A DNA stretch of 59,359 nt from a virus (Duplodnaviria > Caudoviricetes), in IMG/VR virus record IMGVR_UViG_3300020171_000031, positions 1 through 59,359 of that record; one strand, written 5' to 3'. Below are positions 1 to 9,391 of this stretch, piece after piece. Positions within the stretch are counted from its first letter, which is position 1. Every line of letters starts with the position of its first letter. The notes beneath the pieces are model-generated. The model had not been told where the DNA came from. It saw only the letters and a program-made list of their open reading frames with translations, and made no database searches. The position numbers were made by a program, and so were the translations under genes.

Positions 1-109
1 TCTGCCACTGGTAGTTCTTAACGGCACCCGCTGTTTGCTCAAGCGTGACGCGCACCCCAAACCTATTGGGCTGCATCTCGACGCAGATGGCCTTGACGCC
101 ATCCAGCAG
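1..109. repeat. Terminal overlap identical to 59251-59359 (circular contig)
   Basis: Exact 109-bp match between both ends; an ORF reads through the join. Confidence 0.97.
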
Positions 110-952
110 GCCGCCGTCTATTCCGCTATAAGCTTCATAATCCATGAGCCACCACGCGACGCCTGGCGTCAGGCGCTCGTAGTATCTAATAACCGTAGTA
201 TCGCCACCCACCATGAGGTCCAGGTCTATCTTCACCACGCGAGGCTCGAACTCCCCCGCAGGGCCCGCATTGATGTACACGTTGTCCTCGGTGCCCAGGC
301 CGGTGGCTGTGACCACACCATTGTCCTCGTCCAGTGTCAACTCGGCGCTCACCAGCGCCAGTATGGCGGCGATGCTCACGCCCGACGTGATGGCGGCAGC
401 TATGGAGGGGTGCAGCAGCAGTATCTCGTCCCCGATACCCACGGCAGCCGTGAACGCAGCAGCCAGGAGGTCCCCGGTCGCTGTATCGTAGGTGACGATG
501 GGCTGGGACTCCCCTTGGGGCGCAGCAGCCAGGCCCCCGGCGTCCCGCAACACGTAGGCCGAGTAGGCTGTGGCACCGGGCTCGAACTTGCTGGCCCCCA
601 ACCCGGCGAGGGTGGGGATGGTGAACCCATCGGCGAAGGGGACGGCGGTGACGACCCCATAGTAGGAGAGCCCGGCCGTCCCCTGGTCCGGGCCGCTAGC
701 TAAAGGGATTATGGCATACGTCTCCCCCAGAGCGATTCCGACGGTCCAGTTGGTGCCGACTGTCAGGGTGTTGGCAGTGTTGGTGGTGATGAGCCGCACC
801 TGGCCGTGACAGAGCACAATGTATCGCGCTCCAGCCAGGAGGTTTACGGGCCAGTCGCGCAGGGTTACACCGTCTCCGCATTGGAGTGTGTTGGTCCCTG
901 CTCCCGCTGCAGCCGCAACCCGCCCCTCGTCAAAGACTGCTAAGCTGATCAT
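1..952 (-). CDS. Putative virion structural protein, 322 aa, spanning the origin (952->1, then 59250->59234)
   Basis: Manual translation MISLAVFDEG...GVRVTLEQTAGAVKNYQWQRLAEE*; missed by the ORF track because it wraps; beta-rich, lies in the structural operon. Confidence 0.8.
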   Translation of the reverse strand, partial: MISLAVFDEGRVAAAAGAGTNTLQCGDGVTLRDWPVNLLAGARYIVLCHGQVRLITTNTANTLTVGTNWTVGIALGETYAIIPLASGPDQGTAGLSYYGVVTAVPFADGFTIPTLAGLGASKFEPGATAYSAYVLRDAGGLAAAPQGESQPIVTYDTATGDLLAAAFTAAVGIGDEILLLHPSIAAAITSGVSIAAILALVSAELTLDEDNGVVTATGLGTEDNVYINAGPAGEFEPRVVKIDLDLMVGGDTTVIRYYERLTPGVAWWLMDYEAYSGIDGGLLDGVKAICVEMQPNRFGVRVTLEQTAGAVKNYQWQ

Positions 953-965
953 CGTTAGCTCCTAC

Positions 966-1085
966 CTATCCAGCCCTGGGCTGGACAAAGTACACAGTAT
1001 CCTTCCCGCACTTGGGGCAGGTCACGACACGCTGCTCCACCTCTTTCAGGCTCAGGTTCCCACAGTGCTTGCACTTGACCGTCAT
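966..1085 (-). CDS. Small zinc-ribbon protein (39 aa)
   Basis: MTVKCKHCG...TCPKCGK; TGATG coupling to the upstream gene; below the ORF track cut-off. Confidence 0.7.
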   Translation of the reverse strand: MTVKCKHCGNLSLKEVEQRVVTCPKCGKDTVYFVQPRAG

Positions 1086-1627
1086 CACACCCATATGTAA
1101 CTCCCTAATTTCCTGTATCCGATGACCCACACCTTCCCCTCGGCGGCGTTGAGCGGGCTGAGGTTGGTTATGTCGATCCGGAGCACGCTGGCGACGGTGA
1201 GGTCCTCCAGTAGACTACGTGTCCACCCTACCTGAAACACATTCGTGGGCTTCGCGTTGGCTTCGCTGTACCCGATGCAGCTAACGTCGTTGTACGTGCC
1301 TCCCTGGAAGAAGTCGTAGCGCACAGGCTGGTTGAAAGAGACCCAGAACTCCTTGAGGAGGTAGTCCCACCCTGGCAGAATGGCAATCTGCGGGAGCCCC
1401 GTGAAAGCATCTATGGCCTGGGCCGTTGCTCCGGGCGCAATCGGGGGCGCCGTTATCGCAGAGGGTCCGGGAACCAGGCTGAACAGGGTGGTGAGCCACA
1501 GGTACTCCTCGCCCACCTCGCGCTCATACCCATAAATCTGCTTCGCGCGCCATGTCTCGCCAGTGTAATCCGGCTTGCCCTTCCCGACCGCGACAATACC
1601 GGGTATGGGAGTAGCTGTCTGTCCCAT
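1085..1627 (-). CDS. Putative structural protein (beta-rich)
   Basis: GAGGAG RBS, tight packing, alternating beta-strand pattern. Confidence 0.65.
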   Translation of the reverse strand: MGQTATPIPGIVAVGKGKPDYTGETWRAKQIYGYEREVGEEYLWLTTLFSLVPGPSAITAPPIAPGATAQAIDAFTGLPQIAILPGWDYLLKEFWVSFNQPVRYDFFQGGTYNDVSCIGYSEANAKPTNVFQVGWTRSLLEDLTVASVLRIDITNLSPLNAAEGKVWVIGYRKLGSYIWV

Positions 1628-1628
1628 T

Positions 1629-1967
1629 CTACTCCTCCTCTACTACTTTCACTAGGGCGCTGATGGTGTGCGGGTTGATGGCATCCGTGTTGCGAACCTC
1701 AAACCACAGCTGCTCGCTCGGCGTGATGGGCTCGTTGAACTCGATGGTCTCGGTGACAGCATCGAGGGCCAGGAAAGTGCCGCTGCCATCGGGGCAGAAC
1801 TGCGTCCGCCCTTTCCCCAAGGCCACGAGGACGAGCGAGTTGCAGCCCGGGGGCCAGTGGATTTTCACCATCGTGATGGTGCCCTTGATCTGGCGGTCAT
1901 CCTGTACGCGCACTCCCGTGGCCGCGGCCACGATCGCCCTGAACGGCACTTGGATTATCCTGCCCAT
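1629..1967 (-). CDS. Putative minor capsid/penton-like small beta-sandwich protein
   Basis: AGGAGG RBS; 112 aa all-beta pattern; function inferred from context. Confidence 0.55.
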   Translation of the reverse strand: MGRIIQVPFRAIVAAATGVRVQDDRQIKGTITMVKIHWPPGCNSLVLVALGKGRTQFCPDGSGTFLALDAVTETIEFNEPITPSEQLWFEVRNTDAINPHTISALVKVVEEE

Positions 1968-1979
1968 ACTAGGCCCTCC

Positions 1980-2288
1980 TCACTTGTCGAGGCTCCGCGA
2001 GAGCAGCACAGACAGCCGCTCGTTCTGCACCGCTATCGAAGTGCTCAAGATGTGGACCGAATCGCTCTGCCGGTCCATCTTGGCGGCCAGCGTGGTAACG
2101 GCCTCCGCCATCTTGCCTGTTGCCTGCGCCATCTCGCCCACCTGATGCGCCATCTCGCCCACCTCGTGTGCGAGGGTCGGATTCTCCCTCGGCGTCATCC
2201 GCTGCTGAATCAACCCCCGCACAGCCGTCCCCAGCACCCCCGCGAGGGCGCCAGCGAGTCCTATCACCGCGGCCAATACAGGGTCCAT
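1980..2288 (-). CDS. Membrane-anchored coiled-coil protein
   Basis: AGGAGG RBS; N-terminal TM (VLAAVIGLAGALAGVLG); 21-bp/heptad repeat HEVGEMA-HQVGEMA. Confidence 0.75.
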   Translation of the reverse strand: MDPVLAAVIGLAGALAGVLGTAVRGLIQQRMTPRENPTLAHEVGEMAHQVGEMAQATGKMAEAVTTLAAKMDRQSDSVHILSTSIAVQNERLSVLLSRSLDK

Positions 2289-2365
2289 TCGGCATCCTCC
2301 TAAATCAATGAGGGGAAGGAAGGCCGCCGGCCCTCCTTCCCCTCTCCACTGTCCTGCTGACAAGC

Positions 2366-2566
2366 CTATGGTTGCCGGCGCTTGGGCGCTACCTTGGGCT
2401 TGTCTGGAGCTGCGGCCTTCGCCTCTGGCGCCGTGGACGTTGGCTCCGCTCGTCGTCGCGGCTTGTAGTCCGGGTCACAATGCCTCTCGGCGAATGTCAC
2501 CAACTCCGCGCGAGCGATGGGCTTTCGCGGCACGTAGTCTGGGTCATAATGTCTGGCCACTGTCAC
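2366..2566 (-). CDS. Small basic protein with a duplicated RHxDPDY motif
   Basis: GAGGAGG RBS; RHYDPDYVPR / RHCDPDYKPR. Confidence 0.65.
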   Translation of the reverse strand: MTVARHYDPDYVPRKPIARAELVTFAERHCDPDYKPRRRAEPTSTAPEAKAAAPDKPKVAPKRRQP

Positions 2567-2585
2567 CTCCTCGCGTCCTCCTGCG

Positions 2586-3518
2586 CTACGGATCGCACTC
2601 GATGTTGATGTACATCATGCCCTGTGGGCCAGCGGGAACACCCACGGCCGGGAGGGCCAGCGCGCTCTGCGTGATGGGTATGAGGGCACCGGCGTACTGG
2701 AAGGACCGCACGCCTGCGTAGAACGGGCCGACCAGCTGCACGCTGCCGTCCTGGTTGTCCCAGACGAGCTGCCGCTCCTCGATGTTCTGGCCCTCTGTGC
2801 CGCCACCGGAGACGACGAACCCGGGGCCCCAGGTCTGAATCCATTGGAACTGTCCGGCCAGGCCCTCAACCAGCGGTATCCCCAGGATGGTGAGGTACTG
2901 AAGGTTCGGGTTGTTGATCGCCTCGGCGGTGGCCTGGTTCGGCGAGTACACATCGGCGTACTTGCTGCGGAAGAGCGCACACGCGCTGCCTGCCGCTACC
3001 GCCATGGGGAGCGGGTCCTCCAGGACCAGCGTGATGGTGACGCCGCCTCCAGCCGCGACCGGCTGGGTGAGAATCCGGCAGGTCACGCCGTAGGCCAGAC
3101 CGCCACCGATGTTGATGTACCCGCCGTTGAACCGGCCGGCCGGGATGGCTGCGGCGGAGACGTATTGGAGGGTTGTGCCTCCCGCGATACCCGCCACCGC
3201 GCCCGTGACGCTGGTTTCGTCCGACCCGGCCCACACGCCGGAAGCGACGCCGAAGCCCAGGTCCAGCCGGGTGGGGAACGCGGTCATGCCGTAGCTGCCG
3301 TCCTTGACCCGGGCATAGCGGAATACCCGCTCGCCCATGTGCATGCGGGTCCCGATGCTGTATCGCTGGATCGCGGAGGCCTCCGTGGGCCACTGGTCCA
3401 CCCCGGTCAGCTTGGCGCCGGACGTGATGTTGAAGGATGCGCGCCCGGAAGGCATGAGACCCTGGAGTATGTCCCCGACGACCCTCAGACCCTGTATGTA
3501 ACCGAATCTCTTAGCCAT
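2586..3518 (-). CDS. Putative virion decoration/spike protein
   Basis: GTRMHMGERVFRYAR and FQWIQTWGP motifs resemble capsid decoration proteins; Gly/Ala-rich. Confidence 0.55.
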   Translation of the reverse strand: MAKRFGYIQGLRVVGDILQGLMPSGRASFNITSGAKLTGVDQWPTEASAIQRYSIGTRMHMGERVFRYARVKDGSYGMTAFPTRLDLGFGVASGVWAGSDETSVTGAVAGIAGGTTLQYVSAAAIPAGRFNGGYINIGGGLAYGVTCRILTQPVAAGGGVTITLVLEDPLPMAVAAGSACALFRSKYADVYSPNQATAEAINNPNLQYLTILGIPLVEGLAGQFQWIQTWGPGFVVSGGGTEGQNIEERQLVWDNQDGSVQLVGPFYAGVRSFQYAGALIPITQSALALPAVGVPAGPQGMMYINIECDP

Positions 3519-3614
3519 GTTCCTCTTCCTCTTTCTGGGCCGCTTCTCCCACGGGGGAGCATATCATCCGAGGCGACCCGCCGTATAGTCCAGCTTCAAG
3601 GCGCGGACTGCCTA

Positions 3615-3953
3615 TCACGCGTACTCATCCTCGTACCAGATGTCCACGTCGCAGTTGCCCACGTCGGTCTGCAAGTTCACCTGCGCCCCACCCTGCGCGA
3701 CGTACAGGGCCAGCGCGTTGTCCAGCATAACGTTTGGAGCTTCGAAGCGGTCTCCCGCGAGGACATGGAAGAACGTGTCCACGACCACTCCAGCCAGCGC
3801 CACGCGGAGGCTCAGCGTGTTGGCGGCCGCCGCGCTCTGCGTGGCGATGGCGTAGATGTACCGCTTCATGCCCGCCGGGACTACCGTACCGATGTTGACG
3901 ACGGCCAGGCCAGCCGTTGCCCGTGCTCTTGTGAGTCCTTGACGAGTTGGCAT
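3615..3953 (-). CDS. Putative small structural beta-sandwich protein
   Basis: Abuts the upstream gene; beta-strand pattern. Confidence 0.55.
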   Translation of the reverse strand: MPTRQGLTRARATAGLAVVNIGTVVPAGMKRYIYAIATQSAAAANTLSLRVALAGVVVDTFFHVLAGDRFEAPNVMLDNALALYVAQGGAQVNLQTDVGNCDVDIWYEDEYA

Positions 3954-4655
3954 CTACGCCCTCCCCTCCATCACGTCTCGGCCCCACTTGAGCGCCTCGG
4001 GACCGCCTGCGAGGTCCTTCAACCAGCTGGGGATAGTCTCGGGTTCGGGGTCAATCCCGCCCACTGTGTAGAGACGGCGGCGTCTCTCCCCCAGCAGGAC
4101 CGGCTTGGCCTCTTCCCGCCTCGTGATGATCTGATAGCTGTACCGCATGACCTCGAAGTGCATGTTGATGTTCGTCATGGCGTCAGCCAGCGGGTTGAGC
4201 GCGTTGTACGCCGGATACTTGCCACGCGGGATAAAGAGCTCCGTCTTGCAGGAGAAGGGCCCCTCAAACGGCGACTGTTCTCCCGGCACGTACCCGATGT
4301 TGCCCGTGATGGGGCGCGTGGCGGAGCCCAGTGAGTTGCGGTCTCGCCGCGACTGGTACTGGGTGAAGATGCGCACCTTGGGGTGGTTGACGCCCCAGAA
4401 CACGTGGTTGAGCCACTTGTTGTCCGCCGGCTCCAGCATCCTGACGTTAGCGGCGGTGGGGTCCAGCACTTCGTTCCACGCGACCAGGTTGGCGCCCGTG
4501 GCCAGGGCGGCGACGAGCAGGAACGGCTCGATGTTCGAGTGCTCGCGGCCCGTGATTCTGAAGGTGACCCACCCCTCCTGGAACTGCATACAGAGCAGGT
4601 AGCCCTCTTGCAGCCAGAAGTCCTCGTGGCTCTGCTTTATCAGAGCGGTCTGCAT
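3954..4655 (-). CDS. Putative capsid-associated protein (candidate second jelly-roll capsid protein)
   Basis: GAGGAGG RBS; follows the candidate MCP; fold is inference only. Confidence 0.45.
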   Translation of the reverse strand: MQTALIKQSHEDFWLQEGYLLCMQFQEGWVTFRITGREHSNIEPFLLVAALATGANLVAWNEVLDPTAANVRMLEPADNKWLNHVFWGVNHPKVRIFTQYQSRRDRNSLGSATRPITGNIGYVPGEQSPFEGPFSCKTELFIPRGKYPAYNALNPLADAMTNINMHFEVMRYSYQIITRREEAKPVLLGERRRRLYTVGGIDPEPETIPSWLKDLAGGPEALKWGRDVMEGRA

Positions 4656-4700
4656 AAACCCTCCTCCCCAACCTTCTCTTGCGAGAAGGAAGGTTTTACC

Positions 4701-4736
4701 AGGAGGGGCTGGGGCCAGCCCAGCCCCAGCCCCTCC
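4701..4736 (-). terminator. GC-rich hairpin after the candidate MCP
   Basis: ggaggggctgggg ... ccccagcccctcc inverted repeat; no clear U-tract. Confidence 0.5.
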
Positions 4737-4745
4737 AACTTGGTT

Positions 4746-5456
4746 CTACACCCAGACCGGAATGAGCTCGTTCAGGACGCGCCCATAGCCTACGACCAGG
4801 CCACCCCACTCCAGCTCGGCGTTGCCGTTCACATCCGCCTTGATGGCGCTGAACAGCTGGACGCGCGGCTCCGCGTAGACCGTCGGGATGGGCAGGATGC
4901 TCACCTGGTTCTCGTTGTCACCCACCCGTAGGGACCGGCACGGCTGCGGGATCAGGACCGTGCGCCCGATGGAAAAGCGGTACTCGCTCTCCAGCGGGGT
5001 GGGGGTGACCAGCGCGGTCAGGTGCGTGATGATGAGGCCGAAGTCCTGCCCCACCTGGTATCCCACGCCCGCCGCGTTGCTGGCGAAGTTGGTCCACGCG
5101 TTGGCCACCAGGGCGAGCTGGAGCCAGTTGGTGCGGTAGGCGCCCGCTATCTGGACGAACTGCGGGCGGATGAGCTGGAAGCCCAGCTCGGTGTCTCCCG
5201 GGTTGAGGCCACGGAACGGCGGGCCGTTCAGCTTCTCCTTGACCGCCCGGATGCCCGCCACGTAGGCGTCGATGCGCTGCATCTGGAGTATGCGCTGAAT
5301 GCTGGTGGGCGGGGCCAGCAGCGTGGGTAGCTGCGCATTGATATACTCCAGCTCCTGCGCGTCCAGCGAGGCCAGGTTGTACGACTGGTTGTACAGCCGC
5401 AGAGGCCCCGGGGTGTTGACTTCCGCCAGTGAGAGATTTCTCCACTGCACGTCCAT
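4746..5456 (-). CDS. Candidate single jelly-roll major capsid protein (236 aa)
   Basis: AGGAGG RBS before MDVQW; second gene after a sigma70-type promoter; followed by a strong hairpin; helical N-half plus beta C-half ending ELEWGGLVVGYG. Confidence 0.5.
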   Translation of the reverse strand: MDVQWRNLSLAEVNTPGPLRLYNQSYNLASLDAQELEYINAQLPTLLAPPTSIQRILQMQRIDAYVAGIRAVKEKLNGPPFRGLNPGDTELGFQLIRPQFVQIAGAYRTNWLQLALVANAWTNFASNAAGVGYQVGQDFGLIITHLTALVTPTPLESEYRFSIGRTVLIPQPCRSLRVGDNENQVSILPIPTVYAEPRVQLFSAIKADVNGNAELEWGGLVVGYGRVLNELIPVWV

Positions 5457-5511
5457 GTGGTCCTCCTGATTCATTCCGTTTGGGTCAGGTTGGGGTCAGC
5501 TCGGGGAAGGC

Positions 5512-5892
5512 TTACACCTTCAGTTCGTTCACGTTCTGCACGTTCCGGAACGTCTCCGTGTTCTGGAGGCCACCGACTCGGCGGCCCGCCGTTAGGGCTG
5601 GACGCTGTACAGCGCCACCCACCACCCTGGTGGTTATGGCGGCAGGCCACAGCTTCTGGATGGCGAAGTGCCCGATGCTGCCTGCGCTGCTCGACGCGAC
5701 GCCGAGGCCGATGTCGGACAGCAACCCGCGCTGTGAGAGCGCCAGAAAGAGTCCGCCCACGGCGCCGCCGAACGTCACGATGGTCCCGAGGCTCTGGTTG
5801 AACCGGTAGGACGCCGCCTCGGCGAAGCCGGCCACGAACGCCGAGCCCACTATGGTCACCTTGGTCTGCTGGTCCGCGGTCATGAGCGCCAT
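5512..5892 (-). CDS. Gly/Ala-rich membrane protein, first gene of the capsid operon
   Basis: AGGAGG RBS; 2-3 hydrophobic GxxxG helices; basic tail. Confidence 0.75.
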   Translation of the reverse strand: MALMTADQQTKVTIVGSAFVAGFAEAASYRFNQSLGTIVTFGGAVGGLFLALSQRGLLSDIGLGVASSSAGSIGHFAIQKLWPAAITTRVVGGAVQRPALTAGRRVGGLQNTETFRNVQNVNELKV

Positions 5893-5985
5893 CGTCTATC
5901 CTCCTAGCGTTTTGGAGTCTGGAATCACAAAACAATACCCGGAGAGCCTGTTCTGCGACTCCAGGCTCCCCGGGTACGACAAGGA

Positions 5986-6014
5986 AACTCTAACGGTCGG
6001 TAAGGCACTTGTCA
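5986..6014 (-). promoter_or_regulatory. sigma70-type promoter of the capsid operon
   Basis: TTGACA-17-TAGAGT on the minus strand. Confidence 0.65.
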
Positions 6015-6653
6015 AGCCCCTATTCGCGCTCTGGTTTGGAAATTGTCCTCCACCAGGCCCGGGCGCAAGACCTCCAGCTCCACATCGTTGAACCGGAGCC
6101 ACTCCTCATACGGAGGGCCATCGGGCACTATGGACGCCACACTGACGGGCTTCTGTGTCGTCTCCAGCCTCCACCGGCTTCCATCCCCGGCCACCACTTG
6201 GACCCACGCGTGGGCGATGGGCCACCCCTTGCCTCTCCACAGCCCCATCAGGACATACACCTGTTGCGGGCTGAGCCAGTGGCGCAGGATGGAGCAGACG
6301 GTGAACGAGGTGCCCTCACAGTCGTCAACACCCATCGCGAGGCTCTCGGCTGGAAAGTTCCAATAGTCGTTGGTCGCATCCTGTCGCAGCATCGGCACCT
6401 TCTCCCACACCTTGATGCCGCCACCACCACGTCCCGCCAGGGCGGCGGCGAAGTGGTAGTCGTAGGGCTGCGCGGACGGATACGTGATGCGGTCCGTCAC
6501 CGCCTTCCAGGTGGAGTAGAGCATCTCCCACGGGTCCCCTTCCGGGATGGTCGCCGCCACCATCTGCACGGCGGCGCTGTCCGGCTGGATGAACTCGCGG
6601 ATGTCGCGTACCTCGCCAAAGAGGCGACGACGCACCAGGAGCTGATTCGCCAA
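6012..6653 (-). CDS. Transglutaminase-like (papain-fold) cysteine protease
   Basis: DDCEG ... HAWV ... LETT catalytic triad pattern; TTG start inferred. Confidence 0.8.
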   Translation of the reverse strand: MANQLLVRRRLFGEVRDIREFIQPDSAAVQMVAATIPEGDPWEMLYSTWKAVTDRITYPSAQPYDYHFAAALAGRGGGGIKVWEKVPMLRQDATNDYWNFPAESLAMGVDDCEGTSFTVCSILRHWLSPQQVYVLMGLWRGKGWPIAHAWVQVVAGDGSRWRLETTQKPVSVASIVPDGPPYEEWLRFNDVELEVLRPGLVEDNFQTRARIGA

Positions 6654-6661
6654 TCGCTTCC

Positions 6662-7429
6662 CTATACGGTGACGTACGGGAGGGCGAACCCGATGAGGTG
6701 CCCCATGACGGCCAATGCCACCTGCTTGGTGTCCGTCGGCGTCTGGGCGAGGATCTTGAGCTGAGGCGCTATCGCCCACAGCTCCACCCACGCGTCCACC
6801 CAGTAGCCCCCGGGCAGGGCCGGGGTGATGCGCTGGAGCTGTATGACTGCTGACGTTGCGGCTTTGGCCAGCACCACGTCGGCGAAGTCGTCGTAGGGGG
6901 CGCCCTGTCGCACGTCGTTCTCGTCGGATATCTGCGTGTACAGATGCACCCGGAATGTGGTCTGCAGATTGCCGTCGTTCACTACCTGTCCCTGGGTTGC
7001 GATGGTGGCCATGTCGTTTCCTCCTGGTGGTGTTACTACCTCGACTGGGAACTGCGTTATGGTGCCCATGATGTACTGCTGAATCAGCGTCACGTCGGCC
7101 TGCGTGACAACGCCGTCGCCGTCAACATCCGCTCGCAGCAGCACATCCACCGTCATACCCATCTGGTCCAGAACTTGCTGCTCGGTGAAGGGGCCGTACT
7201 GGATGTCACCCGTCTCATCGAACCTTATCCAGTAAATGAAACAGGCGTTCTCTACCCAGTAGCTATAGCCGGTGATTCTGATACCGTAGCCCGCGAAGTA
7301 GACTTGGTCCCACCTACGTTCGCCAACGGCTACTGGCGGATACAGCACGTTGAAGTCGGCGATGCGCTGCGCTAGCAGCACGTCGCCCATGTCAATCCAG
7401 CCGTCGCTATTTACGTCACCATAGTACAT
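6662..7429 (-). CDS. Dockerin-domain protein with an inserted domain and C-terminal beta domain
   Basis: GDVNSDGWIDMGD and ADVDGDGVVTQAD Ca-binding loops. Confidence 0.75.
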   Translation of the reverse strand: MYYGDVNSDGWIDMGDVLLAQRIADFNVLYPPVAVGERRWDQVYFAGYGIRITGYSYWVENACFIYWIRFDETGDIQYGPFTEQQVLDQMGMTVDVLLRADVDGDGVVTQADVTLIQQYIMGTITQFPVEVVTPPGGNDMATIATQGQVVNDGNLQTTFRVHLYTQISDENDVRQGAPYDDFADVVLAKAATSAVIQLQRITPALPGGYWVDAWVELWAIAPQLKILAQTPTDTKQVALAVMGHLIGFALPYVTV

Positions 7430-7438
7430 GCTGGCCTC

Positions 7439-7612
7439 CTACGGCACCATTATGGAGATTGCCCACCCCTGGAGGGTGCCCTCGACCTGTTCTGGCGGCT
7501 TCGGCTTCATCGCCTGCACCACGACCACGGTGCCCACGGCAGCGGCCACCCCCGCCAGGAGGACCAAGCCAAGATGTGACTTGTCAGCTTTGTCGCGGGG
7601 CTTATCTGTCAC
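7439..7612 (-). CDS. Small single-TM membrane protein (57 aa)
   Basis: AAGGAGG RBS, GTG start; LGLVLLAGVAAAVGTVVVV; manual translation. Confidence 0.7.
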   Translation of the reverse strand: MTDKPRDKADKSHLGLVLLAGVAAAVGTVVVVQAMKPKPPEQVEGTLQGWAISIMVP

Positions 7613-7623
7613 CTCATCCTCCT

Positions 7624-8223
7624 TCAGAGAAGCGCAATAGATAGTTCAGGCTGCGGCACACCCGCATACGTGGCGAGAATCGCAATCCCCGCCGCGACCT
7701 CCTGCCCCAGGGTAAACGCCGGGTCAAAGGTGTAGGCTCCCAGCGCCTTGATAAGCTCAAAGTTGTCCGGGTCCACCTGGAGCGCCTGTACCACCACCTT
7801 GAAGGGCGCTCCGGCATGCCGGTTCCAGAAGTCGCGGGCCTGTTGCGAAACCCGCGTCCCGGCCAAATGGAGGCTCGTGACGCCCTGCACGCTAGAACCC
7901 GCGGGCACCGGCATCAACTCCGCCCCCGGGTACGCCTGGTGCACCCCACCACTCTCGCTTGCCATGATGTCGCGCACCATCCCGGGCCCGCCCTCGCGTA
8001 TCAGGGGGGTGTAGACCCACCACTCCACGTCGCTGCCCCACGCCTTCTTCTCGATGACCCACACCTTCAGCCCGACGTAGCCCAACTGGCTGCCGCTGTT
8101 CGCGACACCCCAGCGGAGGTTTATGCTCATCTGGAAGGCCGGGAGCGGCACCACCCCTAGATCCCCGACGAGGAAGGCACCGACTCGCGGCGCAGACCGC
8201 GTTCCAAACTGTCTCATCGTCAT
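7624..8223 (-). CDS. Hypothetical structural protein (Ig-like pattern)
   Basis: GGAGGGGAG RBS before MTMRQF; the track start overlaps the upstream gene. Confidence 0.6.
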   Translation of the reverse strand: MTMRQFGTRSAPRVGAFLVGDLGVVPLPAFQMSINLRWGVANSGSQLGYVGLKVWVIEKKAWGSDVEWWVYTPLIREGGPGMVRDIMASESGGVHQAYPGAELMPVPAGSSVQGVTSLHLAGTRVSQQARDFWNRHAGAPFKVVVQALQVDPDNFELIKALGAYTFDPAFTLGQEVAAGIAILATYAGVPQPELSIALL

Positions 8224-8231
8224 CTCCCCTC

Positions 8232-8612
8232 CTATCCGTCGGACACGACTGTCAGGATGGGTATGCCGACCGTTGCTAGCCCAGTGCCCTCGCCTACTCT
8301 GATAGGCGCCTGCGCCGCCCCCCAATCTTGCACCAGCGCGCCCTCCTTGCCTCGCAGCACGATTCGCCAGTCCACATCGGCATTTGCCCAGTCGCCCGGT
8401 ATGCGATTCCACAGCTCGATGGTCGTTGCCCCGCCAGGTGGACAGGTTGACGGCGTCCAATCTGGCAAGCCCTGCTCTTGCGGCTCCAAAATGGTGTTGC
8501 GGCCCCGGTTCTTCAGGCTGACCTGGAACTCTTTTACCAACGACACAGGACCCGTGTTGCGCCAAGCGAGCGTAGCCACCACGTATTCTCCGGCGTACAC
8601 TTCAAGGGGCAT
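8232..8612 (-). CDS. Ig/CARDB-like structural protein
   Basis: LAWRNTG...CPPGG pattern, similar to the neighbouring gene (IAWTNMG...VAPG). Confidence 0.6.
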   Translation of the reverse strand: MPLEVYAGEYVVATLAWRNTGPVSLVKEFQVSLKNRGRNTILEPQEQGLPDWTPSTCPPGGATTIELWNRIPGDWANADVDWRIVLRGKEGALVQDWGAAQAPIRVGEGTGLATVGIPILTVVSDG

Positions 8613-9198
8613 AGCTGCCCTCCGCCCTAATCTCTACCCCGAGGACCTCCACAAAGGCCTCAGCCTCGCTTGCGATGGTCAGCACGTCCTCCCGCAGCCA
8701 CCATGCCCCCTCCAGGCCGATGAGCATGAGCTTGAGGTCTATCGTGGTCGTGTTGGGCCAGGACTTCGGGACGGTGATGGAGGTGGCCGATGTCACCACT
8801 GACACTCCAGGCGCTACGCTGGGCGAGCTGGCCTTCGGCCCCTCCTGCCATGTTGCCGTGGCACCCGTTCGCCGTAGGGCGAATTGGAACTGGGGAGCCA
8901 CGGCCTTAGCGCCCATATTCGTCCAGGCGATATCCGCGATAAGCGGGACGCCACCCAAAATAGGGACGTCGGTCATCCCCTCTTCCCAGATAGGCAGGCC
9001 CTCTGGGGTCCGAACCACAACTTCGTCCAGGCGTATATCCGCAGGGTTAGTGCCCTTTCGCCGCGTGAAATACCATACGGCGCCTGCCGCAACACCCCCC
9101 ACCACAACCAACGGCAGCAGCTGGCCCATGATGCCGCCACCTCCCGTTTGCACAATTATCACACGCTCGGGGGGTTGATTCATGGGCTGCTGCGTCAT
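8602..9198 (-). CDS. Membrane-anchored Ig-like protein
   Basis: GAGGAG RBS; TM LLPLVVVGGVAAGAVWYF followed by RRK. Confidence 0.7.
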   Translation of the reverse strand: MTQQPMNQPPERVIIVQTGGGGIMGQLLPLVVVGGVAAGAVWYFTRRKGTNPADIRLDEVVVRTPEGLPIWEEGMTDVPILGGVPLIADIAWTNMGAKAVAPQFQFALRRTGATATWQEGPKASSPSVAPGVSVVTSATSITVPKSWPNTTTIDLKLMLIGLEGAWWLREDVLTIASEAEAFVEVLGVEIRAEGSYAP

Positions 9199-9344
9199 CT
9201 GCTCCTCCCCATCCGGGCACGCGCCGGGAGGCCGCCGGGCAGCAGAACCTGAAGGGCACAACAAGAGGGAAGCCCCCTCAGGGGCTGGATAAAACGCTCC
9301 GCGCGCTCCCCGTTCAGACGCTCCGCCACCGCGCAGGTCAGCAT
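9195..9344 (-). CDS. Possible small protein (49 aa)
   Basis: AGGAGG RBS; ATGA overlap with the next gene. Confidence 0.35.
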   Translation of the reverse strand: MLTCAVAERLNGERAERFIQPLRGLPSCCALQVLLPGGLPARARMGRSR

Positions 9345-9391
9345 GAGCGTCCTCCTGGTGAAGTCAGCCTATTCTACCACAGTCGTTGCGG

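Noticed and set aside
2844-4334. Long plus-strand ORF of 496 aa (and similar shadows such as 35-703, 24196-25383, 50076-51149)
   Set aside because: Antisense shadows of well-supported genes in high-GC DNA; no RBS or motifs
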